Shown: positions 33,884 through 46,684 of the stretch, in pieces
Position numbering within the stretch: position 1 is the stretch's first letter
How the letters are laid out: each line of letters begins with the position of its first letter
From: Protoeuglena noctilucae
Taxonomy: Eukaryota
NCBI GenBank assembly: GCA_958009085.1
Contig: OY253673.1
Coordinates: 496,001-560,000, forward strand
DNA: 64,000 nucleotides
Reading direction: 5' to 3'
Program-made: the position numbers and the translations under genes
The notes under the pieces: generated by a model
The model's input: only the letters and a program-made list of their open reading frames with translations
The model's database searches: none
Told to the model about the DNA's origin: nothing

Positions 33884-36800
33884 CTAGTCCTCAGCACTCT
33901 GCAAACAGAAGAGGGGTGTGCACGTCATTTGAGCACTCCCCAACGCCGCAGAGACCCGTTCGTGTCAGCACCGCAGCCGTCGGCGCCCCTCTCCCACCTC
34001 TACTTTGGAGACGGGCAGCGTGGGCTTAGCCACGTCGCCCACGTCCTGGAGCCACTTGTCGTCCACGCCCTCGTACATAAGCCAGTAGACCTTCTTGTCC
34101 ATGCGCGGGTCGAAGAAGGGGTCGCCGAGCGTCGTGAAGGACCGCAGCGGGCCGACGAGGCGTCGCTCGGCGCGCAGGAGGTGGCGGGCGCGGGAGAGCA
34201 GCGAGAGGTCCGCCAGGGCGCCCGGCCAGGCGGATGCCCACAGGTTCACCAGGGAGGCAAGGAGCATGCCGCCGAGAGCCGCTGCGGGGGCGGGGAGGGA
34301 GGGCGTGGGGTAGCTAAAGTGCCCACATCGCCAGCACCGGGCCTGCAGTTGCGCTCATTGCTTCGTCACAGAACAAAAAGCCAGATCGAGTCTCCTCGAC
34401 GCTGCCACAATCCGCGGGGTCCTGCGCGAGGCCAACGAGTCTCACCAATGACGGCCACCGCGTAGGCGATGTAGAGGACCACCGCGACGGCCTCGCTGGG
34501 GGGCGGGAGGTCCCGGACGAGGACGTCGTAGTTGGAGTCGAGTAGCAACACGTTGAGCATGGTGGCCATGGTCTCCTGGATCGACGATAGGGCCTTGGGG
34601 CTGGCGGCCGCGCCCCCGGCGAAGGCGGAGGGGTCGAGGGCGCTGCGGGCGCCGGCGTGGAGGGCGAAGAAGGCCACGGAGAATGCGACATTGAGGGCGG
34701 CGTAGGTGCCGGCGAAGGCGGCGATGCGGGGCCAGGCGAGCTCCAGGGCCCAGGCGGCCCCCGACACGAGGGGCGAGAGGGGGCGCAGGCAGTCGATGAG
34801 CGCGACCCACGAGAGGAGCGCGGCCACGCCGACCAGGGCGTCGTCCCAGAACGCGGCGGTCGCGCCCAGCGCGTAGGCCGGGTGGCGGCGGGCGAGCCAC
34901 AGCCCAAAGTGCGCCACCTCCATGAGCAGGCACGCGACCCACAGGGCGTCGCGCGCCATGTCCCGCCCGCGCATGGCGCGCACGTGCGCGCGCCAGACGG
35001 GCGCCAGCACCGCGCGGACTCCGAGGGGCGCGTCGTGGGCCATCGCTTCCTGCAAAACCCGCCCCGCCTCCCCCTCGTCCCCGTCATAGGCCCCGGGGCT
35101 GGCGTCGCCGCCTTGCCGGGCGTTCATCGACGTCGACTTGCGCGGGGAGATCAAGTCGGGCGTCTCTCGGGACTTCCGCGTCCGATTGGTGGACATGCCG
35201 CCCACCCTGGCCTGCGTGTGCAGCGCTCGGTCCGGGGCGGAGGTGCCCGCCAGGTCGAAGCTCGCGGCGCCGTTGAGCCGCCCGCGGGTCCCGCCCTCGG
35301 CGTCGGCGGACGTGGGTTCGTTGGGCACCTCGACCGGCGACAGGCCGCGGTAGCTGCGCTGCGTGCTCAGCCGCGGGAGCACCGGCGGCGCCAGCACGGG
35401 CACCGAGCCGCTCAGGTTGTCGTCGGCGTTGGTGGCGGGCCGTGAGCCGGGCGTGCCGGTGCCCGAGACGTGGTCCACCGCGCGGCTCAGTCGCGTGCGG
35501 TTGGCCATGACCGGCCGCCGGCTGCGTGTCGCCGCGTCGTTCTCGGGGTCGTGGCCCATCAGCCGCCCACGGGACGGCACCGAGGGCACCGGCAGGCCCG
35601 CGGCGCCCGTCACGCGCACGGACGGCACACGCGCCGAGAGCGGCGGGGGAACGGGCGGGGCCCCGCCCGCGTGGGTCGAGGACATGGGCGTTGAGAAGGA
35701 GGCGCTGTGGCCCCCGGACGGCCGCCCCACCGCCGCCGCCCCCGGCCGCTCGTTGCCGGCGCGCACCACGGTCTCCAGCGACCTCTTGCCCTGGCCTCCG
35801 CTCCCGGTCGACCCGAAAAAGGACGACGCCGCCACCGCCGTCACCCGCGCATCGTGCGCCTCCCGGGCCTGCGTCAGCGCCTGCGTGCCTCCGCCCGCCC
35901 CCGGCGTGTTCATCATGTTCTTGTCCAGCGACTTGCGCCCCTGCTTGCCGTCGAGGCTCATGCGCTTGATCGTCGCCGTCAGCCCGGAGAACAGCCGGCC
36001 CCGCTCCTCCTCGGGGATGTTCTCGCCGGGGATTGGGAAGCACCCGGGGACGTCGGCGCCGCGGTGGCCCCAGGCGCGGGCGCGCTGGACCGTGGCCGAC
36101 AGCCACGCGGCGTAGTCCCACAGCAGGAGGAGCAGGTAGGCCACCGCGACCGCGAACGTGACAGCCTCGAGCGGGGCGCGGGACCGGTCCGTCCAGCGCG
36201 ACGAGCCGCGCGCCGCGACCACCGCGGTGAGGAGCGCCGCCAGGAGCGCCGTGGCGGCCGTGGCGACCGCGAGGGCGGCGGCCCCGTAGTTGCGCCACTT
36301 GTGCGTCAGGATGATGGACAGGATGTCGTCGCGGAGCAGGCGGATGTTGCGGTTGGACACCACTGCGAGACCAGAGCACGAGGGGCGCGATGACGCACAA
36401 CGCAACGCGCGTGCCGGGGCACGGCAGCCCGCCGAAGCGCCGCCGCAGAGCTCGAGCGCGCCACGCACCCGTCTCGACGATGCTCATGGACGACGTAGGC
36501 TCAGTGCTGACCGAGTCGACGTCGGCCAGTGGGACGTAGTACGCCGCCACGGGCCCGTAGCTCCACAGCAGCTTCCGCTTGCGCGCGTAGATGCGCTGGA
36601 ACATGTCCACCCGGCCCAAGTCCGCCGCCAGGGCCAGCGGGGTGCGGCCGTCTGCGAGGTGAGACGACCGGGGCGGCGTTTGCAAGAGTCGAGCGAAGCA
36701 GGGCGGGTATGGCAGAGCACCCACGGGACCCGACGCACCGTTGTTTCGGATGTCCTCGTCGCTGCCCATGTAGCTCAGGAGGAACTCGAACATCTCGAGC

Positions 36801-37650
36801 TGGTTGTGGTAGACGCACATGTGGAGGGCCGTGTTGCCGTTCGAGTCGGCGGCCGAGATGTGGGCGCCGTGGCGCTTCAGGTACCTCGCCGTCTCGGTCT
36901 GCCCCAGCGACGCGGCGAAGCTCAGAGGGAACTCTCCGTAGTAGCAGGGCTGCCCCGGCTGGAAGAAGCGGCCGAAGGCGCGGGCGTGGACGTCGGCGCC
37001 CGACTGGACCAGGAACTTCACCATGTCGGGGTCCTTGTTCACGGTGGCAATGTGCAGCGCCGTCTCGCCCTCGTAGGGACCCGGGGGGTCGTGCTTGCGC
37101 TGGCGGACCTGGTAGGGCGTGCGGACGAGCTCGGCACCGTACAGGCGGACCAGATAGCGCACGATGGCGAGGCTGCCGGGGGTGTTGGCGAGCATCGCGA
37201 CGTGGAAGACGTTCTCGCCGACGGGGCCCTTGGCAAAGACGTTCTCGCCGGGGAAGAGCTTCATGATGGCGTCCAGGTTGCCCGACTTCGCGGCAAACCA
37301 TGGCGAGTCCGCCGTCTGCAGGAGAACGGCCTGCTGCTGCACCGTGCCGCTGCGCGAACAAAAGTGACAAGCAAATTCGATCAGGCGGGGGCTCCGCGGG
37401 TCGGGATGCGTCCTCTGACGCGGCGGAGGAGTCGATACAGTGCAGGGCCCCTCCCACTCGGCGTGTGTCGGCAGGGGCCCCGACAAGGCCGCACGGCTGT
37501 CCACCGGGTCGCTTGTTGTCGTTATGAATGGTTCCGGTGCAGCGCCACCCACCTGGCGCGGCGTGCGTGCTTGGCCTCATTCTCGGGGGCACTCGGCGCT
37601 ACCTTGGGGCTCCGCGACATCCCCGTCACCGTCGGTTCTGCGGGAATGAA
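33884..37650 (-). CDS. Ankyrin-repeat TRP cation channel, TRPV-like
   Basis: YEGETALHIA, GADVHARAFGRFF, YYGEFPLSFAA, DSNGNTALH, TPLALAADLG, WSYGPV...LADVDS, HKW, then six TM segments and a pore loop. Start approximate; last micro-exon inferred. Confidence 0.9.
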
Positions 37651-38360
37651 AGATGAACATATGACTTTCACGATGATCCCCAAGAGACCCCGCCTAGCGT
37701 CCCGAGGCTCTCCTGCAGCTGCCCGTGGCGTGCATGCGGGAGCAGCAGGAGCGCTGCAGCCGCGGTGCCTGCTGAAGAGGCAACGGCGTGAACATCATCC
37801 GCACAACCAAGAGCAAACGCGCCAGCGAATGGTTCAGAACGCAGCCCCGCGAGAGCATCCCACCTGAACGGCACCTGAGCAATCAAGCCCCTCCGACCCA
37901 CGCGGCCCCAATCCCGTCCCCGAGATCGACGGTCTCTGATGCCGGGATCGGCAGCGGCGATGGGCGAGCTGATGCGGGCGAGTCGACGATTTCCCGGCCC
38001 CTCGCTGCCCAGGGCAGGCTGCGAGATTGTCAGTGACACACAGTGGCGCGCAATCAGCGAGTAAGCGACGAGATGATCGCCAAACGCGCTTGCCACATTT
38101 GTCATCTGACGGGTTTGACCGCGACCTGAGCCCGAAAACCCGAAGAAACGCCCCTCCCTCGCGTTTATCGCAAATCAACGGCTCATCTGCAAACGCTGCG
38201 AGAGGGGAGAAGCCGCGCTTTCGCAAACCATCGCCGCTTGGGGCCGTAGGCTGCTGCGCGGCTCTCTCGGGGCCCTGCGTCGCACCCAGCCGGCGCGAAG
38301 GGCGCAGGGGCGACTTGCGGTGTCGGGTGAAAAGCCTAACAACTCCCCGCGCCGAGCTGG

Positions 38361-40856
38361 ATGAGCTGGGCAGCCGTGGCACGGGCGGGCGCGGCCGCCG
38401 CCGCAAGGGCCGAGCCCGTGGAGGATGCCGGCGAGCGCAAGCGCGTTGTCGTCGTGGACGCCAATGCCATCATCGCTGGCATGAGGGTCGAGCACCTCGG
38501 GGAGCGCGTGGTCACAGTCTCGGAGGTGTGTGCCGCTCCGCGAGGGTACGGCCCCACCGCCACCCGCATGCGTCGTTGGGCGCTTCTACGCGATGACGAT
38601 GTCATTCCTTGTACCTCGAAGAATGCGTTACTGGAAGAAACGCGCCTCTCCGTCCGCGGCTGTCCCCAGGTCCTAAACGAAGTGCGGGACCGCCACTCGC
38701 GTGCTTTCCTGGACACGCTGCCGTTCGGCATCGAGGTCGCGGAGCCTGACGACGCGTCTATGACCGCGGTGCGCAAGTTCGCCACCGCGACGGGCGACAT
38801 CTACAGCTTGTCGGGCCCCGACCTGCGCCTCATCGCGCTGTGCTACATGCTCGAGGCCGAGGCGCACGGCTCGGGTGAGCGGCAGCTCGCGCTCCGCCAG
38901 CATCCGTTGTCCGGACTGCGGTACCGCGCGTGCATCCAGCGCGCCGCCTCCGTTGTGTCTTCCCACCACTAGCACCGCCACGTGCCCCCTTCGCCCATTG
39001 CAGACCATCTGCGCAAGCGCCCCGTGCGGCGGCAGGAGAAGAGCGGCCGCGTGCGCGGGGGCAAGCTCCCGGGATGGGGCGCCGTGGAGGGCGACGAGGA
39101 GTGGGCCGAAGTGGACGCCGCGGAGGCAGACACCAGCGATCCCAGGGCCGCCAGTCGCATCGCAGCGGCAGTGGCTGCGCTCGACATCGGGAAGGGAGAG
39201 GAAAGCACTGAGGTGCCTCATGCGGGTGCGGGCGACCGCGGCGGGGGTGCAGCCGGGGCTCCTGTGGTCCCTGACGCTTTGGGGGAGGCGGAGCGGGGTG
39301 GGGGCTCGGGTCACGGTGTGGGGTGCGGGGCGGACGCCGCTGCTCGGGGTGCGGAGCCGGGTGGTTTTAGGGGCAAGGAGCGAGATGCGGTGGCGGGACC
39401 TGAGGACGCAAGCGTGGCGAAGGGAGGGAGTGACGAGGAGGGTGGCGAGGAAGACGAGGGGAACGAGAGCTGGGAGCCGGGTGAGTGGAGGTCGGCAGCA
39501 CAGTGTATCTACTACATGCCTCTCTCAGCGTGTGCATGTCATCCATGTGCTTGCTTGGTCTTTTCTGGGTGCAGTGATGAAGGACAACCGGCGGCGGCGA
39601 CACCAGCGCAAGGCGGCGCAGCGGCGGCGGGCAGAGGAAGACGAAGCGGAGGCGGAGATTCGAAGGCAGCGGGAACGAGAGCTGGTGAGCCGCGACGTCT
39701 GACACCTTGCTAGTCGTTTGACCATGAGCGTTTGACCAATCGCCAGAGGACATGGCTTGGTGAGACGCTAACCAGGGCGCCCTCACGCCCGCTTCCTTGT
39801 GGAAATGGTTCCAGGGACTGCGACGGGAGGACGGGGAGGAGGCGGAGGGGGCGGGCAGGGCTGCGGGCGCGGATGCGGGTGCATCGACGGACGGGGAGAG
39901 CGACGATGACTTTGTGGGCCCGGCCCCGGGATTCGAAAGCTCCGTCTGCATTGTGACGGCGGACTTCGCCATGCAGAATGTCATACTGCAGGTGACGCGC
40001 CCTGTGTTTCCGCGCAGCACTGCGCAGTGGCCGCACCTTCCTTGCTCACGAGGTCACGAGAGCCTGCGCTTCGGCTTTGCGTCGCAGATGGGCCTGCGCC
40101 TGGTCTCCAAGGACGGGCTGCGTATCCGGGAGCTGGCGCAGTACGTGCTCCGCTGCCACGCGTGCTTCACGGTCGTCCGCGACATGTCCCGCATCTTCTG
40201 CCCCAAGTGCGGCAACAAGAGCCTCGACAAGGTCCAAGTCACCGTCGACGAGGTAAGCGCGAGTGCTGTTGGCATGCCAAGGCGTGCTATCCATTTTGTT
40301 GGGGCCCTGCCCACATCACCGTCCTGCCCACGGCTGCCACGGAACGTGCTTTGCAGGACGGCACAGAGCACGTCGGCGTGCGTCGACGGCACGTCCTCCG
40401 GGGCACCAAGTTCTCGCTGCCGATGCCGCGGGGCGGGCGCGAGGGGCAGCGCGTCAACCCGGTGCTGACGGAGGATGACCAGCGGCTGATGCGGGCGGTG
40501 GCGCGCAGCAAGGTGAGGCGCCCGCGCGGTCCGCGATGCCGGAGCGGGCTTGCCAGGCAGGTTCTCGATGCATGGTGGCGTGGGCGAGCTAGGGCATAGC
40601 AGAGAGCCTGGTTGCAGTGGACCTGGGCGTTGGCCGGGGTCGCTGCGGCTCATCTCACGCACTTGCTCGTGGCGCCCTTGTCGCGCAGAAGCGGGAGAGC
40701 GCGTTGGACCCTTTCGCCCCCGAGTACAACGGCGACACGTGGCTCGCCATGGGCGGCGCTGGCAAGGGTCCCAAGGGCCTGGAGCACCTGGTGGCGGGGT
40801 GGAAGAGCAACCCGAACGAGCGCAGGGCGACGCGGACGAACCGGCGGCGCAAGTAA
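38361..40856 (+). CDS. NOB1: NOB1 20S pre-rRNA endonuclease (PIN domain + Zn ribbon)
   Basis: VVVVDANAII, EVLNEVRD, FATATGDIYSLSGPDLRLIAL, CIVTADFAMQNVILQMGL, LRCHACF...FCPKCGN, LRGTKFSLPMPRGGR. Confidence 0.96.
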
Positions 40857-41046
40857 TCGCGCTTAGTTTGTGACTGTCGCGGGGAGGTCACTTGAACGCA
40901 GCACGGGGAGACGGGGCTAAAGGATTAGGAGCTAATTCACGGTGGCGCACCAGCCTGGGTCACTCTCATGGTCACAATTGCCTAGTCTGAAAGAACGCTG
41001 ACTATTTGAAGCCGTGCTATGTCACGACCTTGTCAGAGAGCACGCG

Positions 41047-43523
41047 TCAGTAGTACTGCTGCTGCTGTTGCTGATCATATCCCCCATAGCCCTGTGTATA
41101 CCCGCCCTGCTGGCCCTGCTGCTGGTCATAATAACCATTATAACCAGCCTGCTGGTCGTCGTATCCGTTGTAGCCCTCATACCCGCCTTGCTGCTGGTCG
41201 TACGCATACCCCTGATTGTACTGGTCGTAGCTGTATCCCTGCTGATACCCGTCCTGCGCGTACCCTCCCTGGTTGTTATATCCCTGGTCGTAACCCTGCG
41301 GACCGTAGCCCTGTTGACCATATCCCGCCTGGTCGGGCTGCTGCCCGTACCCGGCAGGGGCCTGCGGGGGTCACGGGCGCTCGACACGTCAGAAGAGGGC
41401 GGGACGAGTGTGGGGCGGCAGCGCAGCTCTGTGAGTCAAACAGCCGTCTCGCTTGCGCCAGAGGATGGTGGGACTGGGCGGGCCCGTACCTGCTGCGCGG
41501 GTGGTGCTTGTTGGGCAGGGGCTCCCTCCTGGGGGGTTGGCGCGTCGGCTTGCTTGGCCTGGGGTTGTTTCACAGAGGCCTGAGGACCACTCTGGGCCGG
41601 CCCCTGCGCTGCCTGGGACGGCGCCCGCGCCGGCTGGCGTGCGCTGGCGCTCGGCTTGACCCCCCCGCGCACAGACGACGCCTGCGGTGAGCACGCACAG
41701 CGAGTCGAGTTCCAAATGGTCCCATAGAACCCGCAGTCAGTGTCGGCGGATGGCTTGCGAGAGCGCGGCAGTCACCGCTCGCGCTGGTCCTCGGCCCATG
41801 GTGGGTTGGGACACCACGGGGCCACGCTTGGCGATCTGGTGCGTCTCCTCCACGACGTCGGCCAGATGCTGCAGGCTGAGCGTGCGGCACCGGTCGACGA
41901 GCTTGAGCAGGGAGGAGTCGGTGGTGAGCCGCCGGCCACCCCTCCTGCGGGCGCAGCGCGGGCGTCGTCGCGTTAATCGTCGGGTCGTCCCACCGCTGGC
42001 TGTGACTCGCGAGCTGGGTGCTTGGGGCGTGACGGCCCTCGCCTCATAGCGTCGTATTCGAGGCGCATGATGGCGTCCGTGACCTCCAGCGTCTGCACCT
42101 TGATCTGAAGCAGGGATTCCTGCAAGCGACTGGCAGCACCGTAAGTCAGTGCCAGCAACCGCCAGACGTGCCGCCCTGTGGCACCCGGCGAGCGGACGGG
42201 GCGTGGACAACACTGTCACTGGGCTCACCCGCCGGATGAGGAGGATCAGGGAGCAGCAGACGGGCGTGATGAGGCCGAGGAGGGTGGCGAGGGCCGTGAG
42301 GGAGCTGACGTACTTGCCGATGGACCCGTCAATCCAGTCGCAGACCTTCTGAGGGGCCATGTTCGCGTCGCACTTGAGCTCCAGCATCTCAAAGTGGTGG
42401 ATGCCGTAGCCCGTGATTGCGCCGCCCAGCGTGCACCCCAGCATGACGTGGAGCACCAGCCACAGCGATGTGGCGTGCGCCTGGAACAGGCCTGCGGGAC
42501 GCGAGAGGACGAGGGCACGTCGCGACTGGATGGCTGGGGACAGGCAGCGGCGGGTGCCCGCGTGTTTGCGGGCGTATCTGCGCCCAGTGGTCACCGACGA
42601 GGCCGACGATGAAGATGACGAGGGCGGACCCGGCCACGATGGCGCTGTAGCGGATGGCGGTGCCGCGATACACGTCGAGGAACCACACCAGCTCGAGGAT
42701 GGGGACCGCAGCAGCGCACGCCAGGGTGAAGAAGTTGGAAATCAGCAGCACCCTCCTCACGACCTTGATTTCGCTAGCGTGGTTGCTGCGCCTCGTCGCC
42801 CAGTCCTCCTCATGCTTGGACAGGTCCAGCTCTGGCGGCTCCCTCGGCTGCACGGGGCCCCTTGGCGTGCATGTCAGCTTTGGGCAGGTGGTGCAGGCGC
42901 TCTAGGCCTCCAAGCGTCGTCCAAACCGCACCTCATTCTTTTCTCGCACTTTCTGAGACCCCTCGCCGTCATCTCCGCGTCCGCGCCCCTGCGAGCCGGA
43001 GCCCCGGCCGTTCTGCGAGGGCCTTGACGCCTTCTGCGGACAGGGCGCGGCACGATACCCGACGATGACCCGGTCAGACTATGCCCACGCATCCATCTCG
43101 CTTCGCACTCGCGGGCGTCACGGATTCGCCGCACCTTGGGGCTGCTGCTTGCCTCCACGGCATCCTCCTGTGGCTCAGCGCCCTTCGCTCCCTTTCTGAC
43201 CGGCTTCGGACGCGGCTCCTCTAATTGTGGTTCGGGGCCAGAGTCCTCCCGCAGCACCACCTCACTGCAGGCGCGGCCAGGGTGAATGCCTCAGAGCGTG
43301 CATGTTGGACGTCGCGGCCCGCCCAAGGCCGCTGTCCGAGACCACGAACCCAGGATGACCGACATCTTAGAGTACGCCTGCGCTTATCCGACGGTCGCGA
43401 GGTGCGCGCGAGCCGGGCTGCCCCCACGCGGACCGGGTAAACGCCCCCGCGACACCCCGGCCGCTCGCCCCACCTCGAGGCCTCCTCCTCATCGGCAACT
43501 TTGTTCCTCCGCTTCAACGGCAT
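41047..43523 (-). CDS. Four-TM (tetraspanin/MARVEL-like topology) membrane protein with a Y/G/Q-rich low-complexity C-terminus
   Basis: Phase-consistent exons: charged N-terminus, four hydrophobic helices (42770-42240), a coiled region, a P/A/Q linker and the tail GYGQQPDQAGYGQQGYGPQG...QQQQYY*. Confidence 0.7.
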
Positions 43524-43807
43524 GGCGCCTGGGGGTTGAGGCTGACGCGGCCTCCTCGACTTGCGCGGCCGCGCTTCCTCGCGAGGCGAAAATCTAAACC
43601 AGCGTCGAACCAAGCGACTTTGCGTACGAGGGACGGCCGATAGAGCACATATGCGCCGCGGGGAGGGAGAGTCGACCCGCAAGGGTCGCTGGCAGGTCAA
43701 ACACCCCCGCGGTCCCACCGGCGCCTGGGCCAAGCGGAGAGGTATCCATGCAACAGGACAGATCAACACTCTGATACCCCGCTCGCATACATTCGGCGGA
43801 GAATCCT

Positions 43808-44928
43808 TCACACGCTGCGCAGGTTCCACAGCCCATCCGCCAAAACGTGGAGGGTCTGGACCCCCGGCCCCTTATTCACTTCCCGGATCTCCTGGGTGCT
43901 CATCAGCATCATCCCCACCGCCATGGCATGCTCCTTCCTGCGAGAAAGGCAGAGGTCTAGCCAGGTTGCCTCGCGCATGGCATCACGTCGCCGTTGGCGC
44001 AGCGTGCCCCGCCCTCACCCGTGCGCGTAGATGGCCACCGGCTCATCCACTTCCGCCTCGTCGTGCATGACCGCGTCTGGATGGGTCAGGCCAGGGCACA
44101 TGATGTCTGCCCCCGACAGCACGAACTTGATGGCCCCCGCGTCCGTCCGCAGCCGCTTCATCATCAACGGCGCCTGGTGAAGGACCCTGCGGTGGCGAGG
44201 CAAGAGTAAGCGTCGACCGAAGCCGCGTGTGCGCCCTCGCCAGGCACGCACGGGCAATAACACAGGGCTCCGGACAAAGGCTCCCTCCTCGTCCAGCAGA
44301 GACGCCGGTTCGTCCGACGCCTAGCCTGGCGGAAACGAAACGATCTCAGGCTATAAACTCACCTCAGCGTCGGAATCCAAGGCCCATCGAAGTAGCTGAA
44401 AAACTTGGGGACGTTGTTCACTAGCAAGAGCTGGACGCGGTCCGCGCACTTTGCGATCCTGCGGTCCAGTGAGTGGATTCACATTGACGAGAGCGCACAG
44501 CCAAACCACACGCGGGACGCCGGCATGGAGCGACGCGGCCGAGGATGCCACACAGAGCTGTCGCCGGCAGCCAAGCGGCAGGCGGAGCCCTCGGCGCGAC
44601 GAGTCGCGAACACCCGTCGCAAGTCACTTAATGTCGGCTTTCTTCGGTATGATCTCCTCGACGAGTCCGCCCTCCTCCAGCGCGGGGTACAGCTGCGTGA
44701 TTTTCGCTGCGTGAAGCAAGGGCGCCGACGGCGTCATCCCAAGGTCTCGAGTGCCAGGCGAGCTCTAGGCGAGCCGACGAAGTACCGCAAGAGGCAAAGG
44801 GGCCTGAACGGCAGGCAAGGCGCTGGAGCGACGAGCGGCACACCTCTGATGGCCCTCTGCTGGGAGGACTTCATCGGGGATATGTTGGACACATTCTCCT
44901 GCTGCGTGAACTTCTTGAAAAGTGACAT
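43808..44928 (-). CDS. MCTS1: MCTS1/Tma20 PUA-domain translation re-initiation factor
   Basis: MSLFKKF...KSSQQRAIR...PTLRVLHQ...DAGAIKFVLSGADIMCPGLT...KEHAMAVG...LADGLW. Confidence 0.95.
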
Positions 44929-45245
44929 GGGCCCTGGCAGGCCACGGCCACCGCAGTGTGCGTCTCAGTGGAGGCGTGGATTGCGGAGATGAGCAAGGGA
45001 ACCAGCGGCGGCAATGCTAGCGATCTCAAAAGGCCTCGCATGCACTGCGCGTCGAGTTCACGGAGGGGTGGGCGAGGGCCGCACCACACCGGGCCTTGAG
45101 CCAGCAGGGCTGTGTCTGGCGACTGGCGGCTGAGTGCCCGACCAGAGGCGCCAATAGCAGAACTGGTGACGTCGACGCGGAGCATTTGCCCTTCTTTACG
45201 CTTGGCCCACCACTCCAGCTACATCGGCTCACGACACCGCCCGCG

Positions 45246-46443
<1,198 letters not shown>

Positions 46444-46684
46444 GGCGCCCGTTGCCGTTCGCTTGCTCTGGCTTGCCAAGTGGCACACGGAACGCTGCCC
46501 CGGTCACAGTGGGGCAGCATAGGAAGTCCACACGCGGCATAGATAGGTTTTAAACCTTCGAGTCCCCCCTTCTCTAAATCCTCTAATCCACCAGACCCCA
46601 CCCGCTATTTTGATATCACAGCCTCTGACCCCCACCCATCAGAGTACGCTTAGCTAAATCCACTCGTGAACAATGTACAGTCCA

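Noticed and set aside
35084..37867. 822-aa ORF read as one protein, and the 525-aa plus-strand ORF
   Set aside because: The 822-aa ORF reads through introns and leaves the true frame after about 36470. The plus-strand ORF is antisense to the TRP channel.
41014..41583. 189-aa very hydrophobic plus-strand ORF resembling a membrane protein
   Set aside because: It is the antisense mirror of the Y/G/Q repeat exon on the minus strand; Q/Y/D codons read antisense as L/V/I.
46540..46680. Locally AT-richer segment considered as an insertion or ncRNA
   Set aside because: It fits the convergent 3' UTR/terminator region between the O-methyltransferase and Kelch genes, with no repeats or RNA structure recognised.
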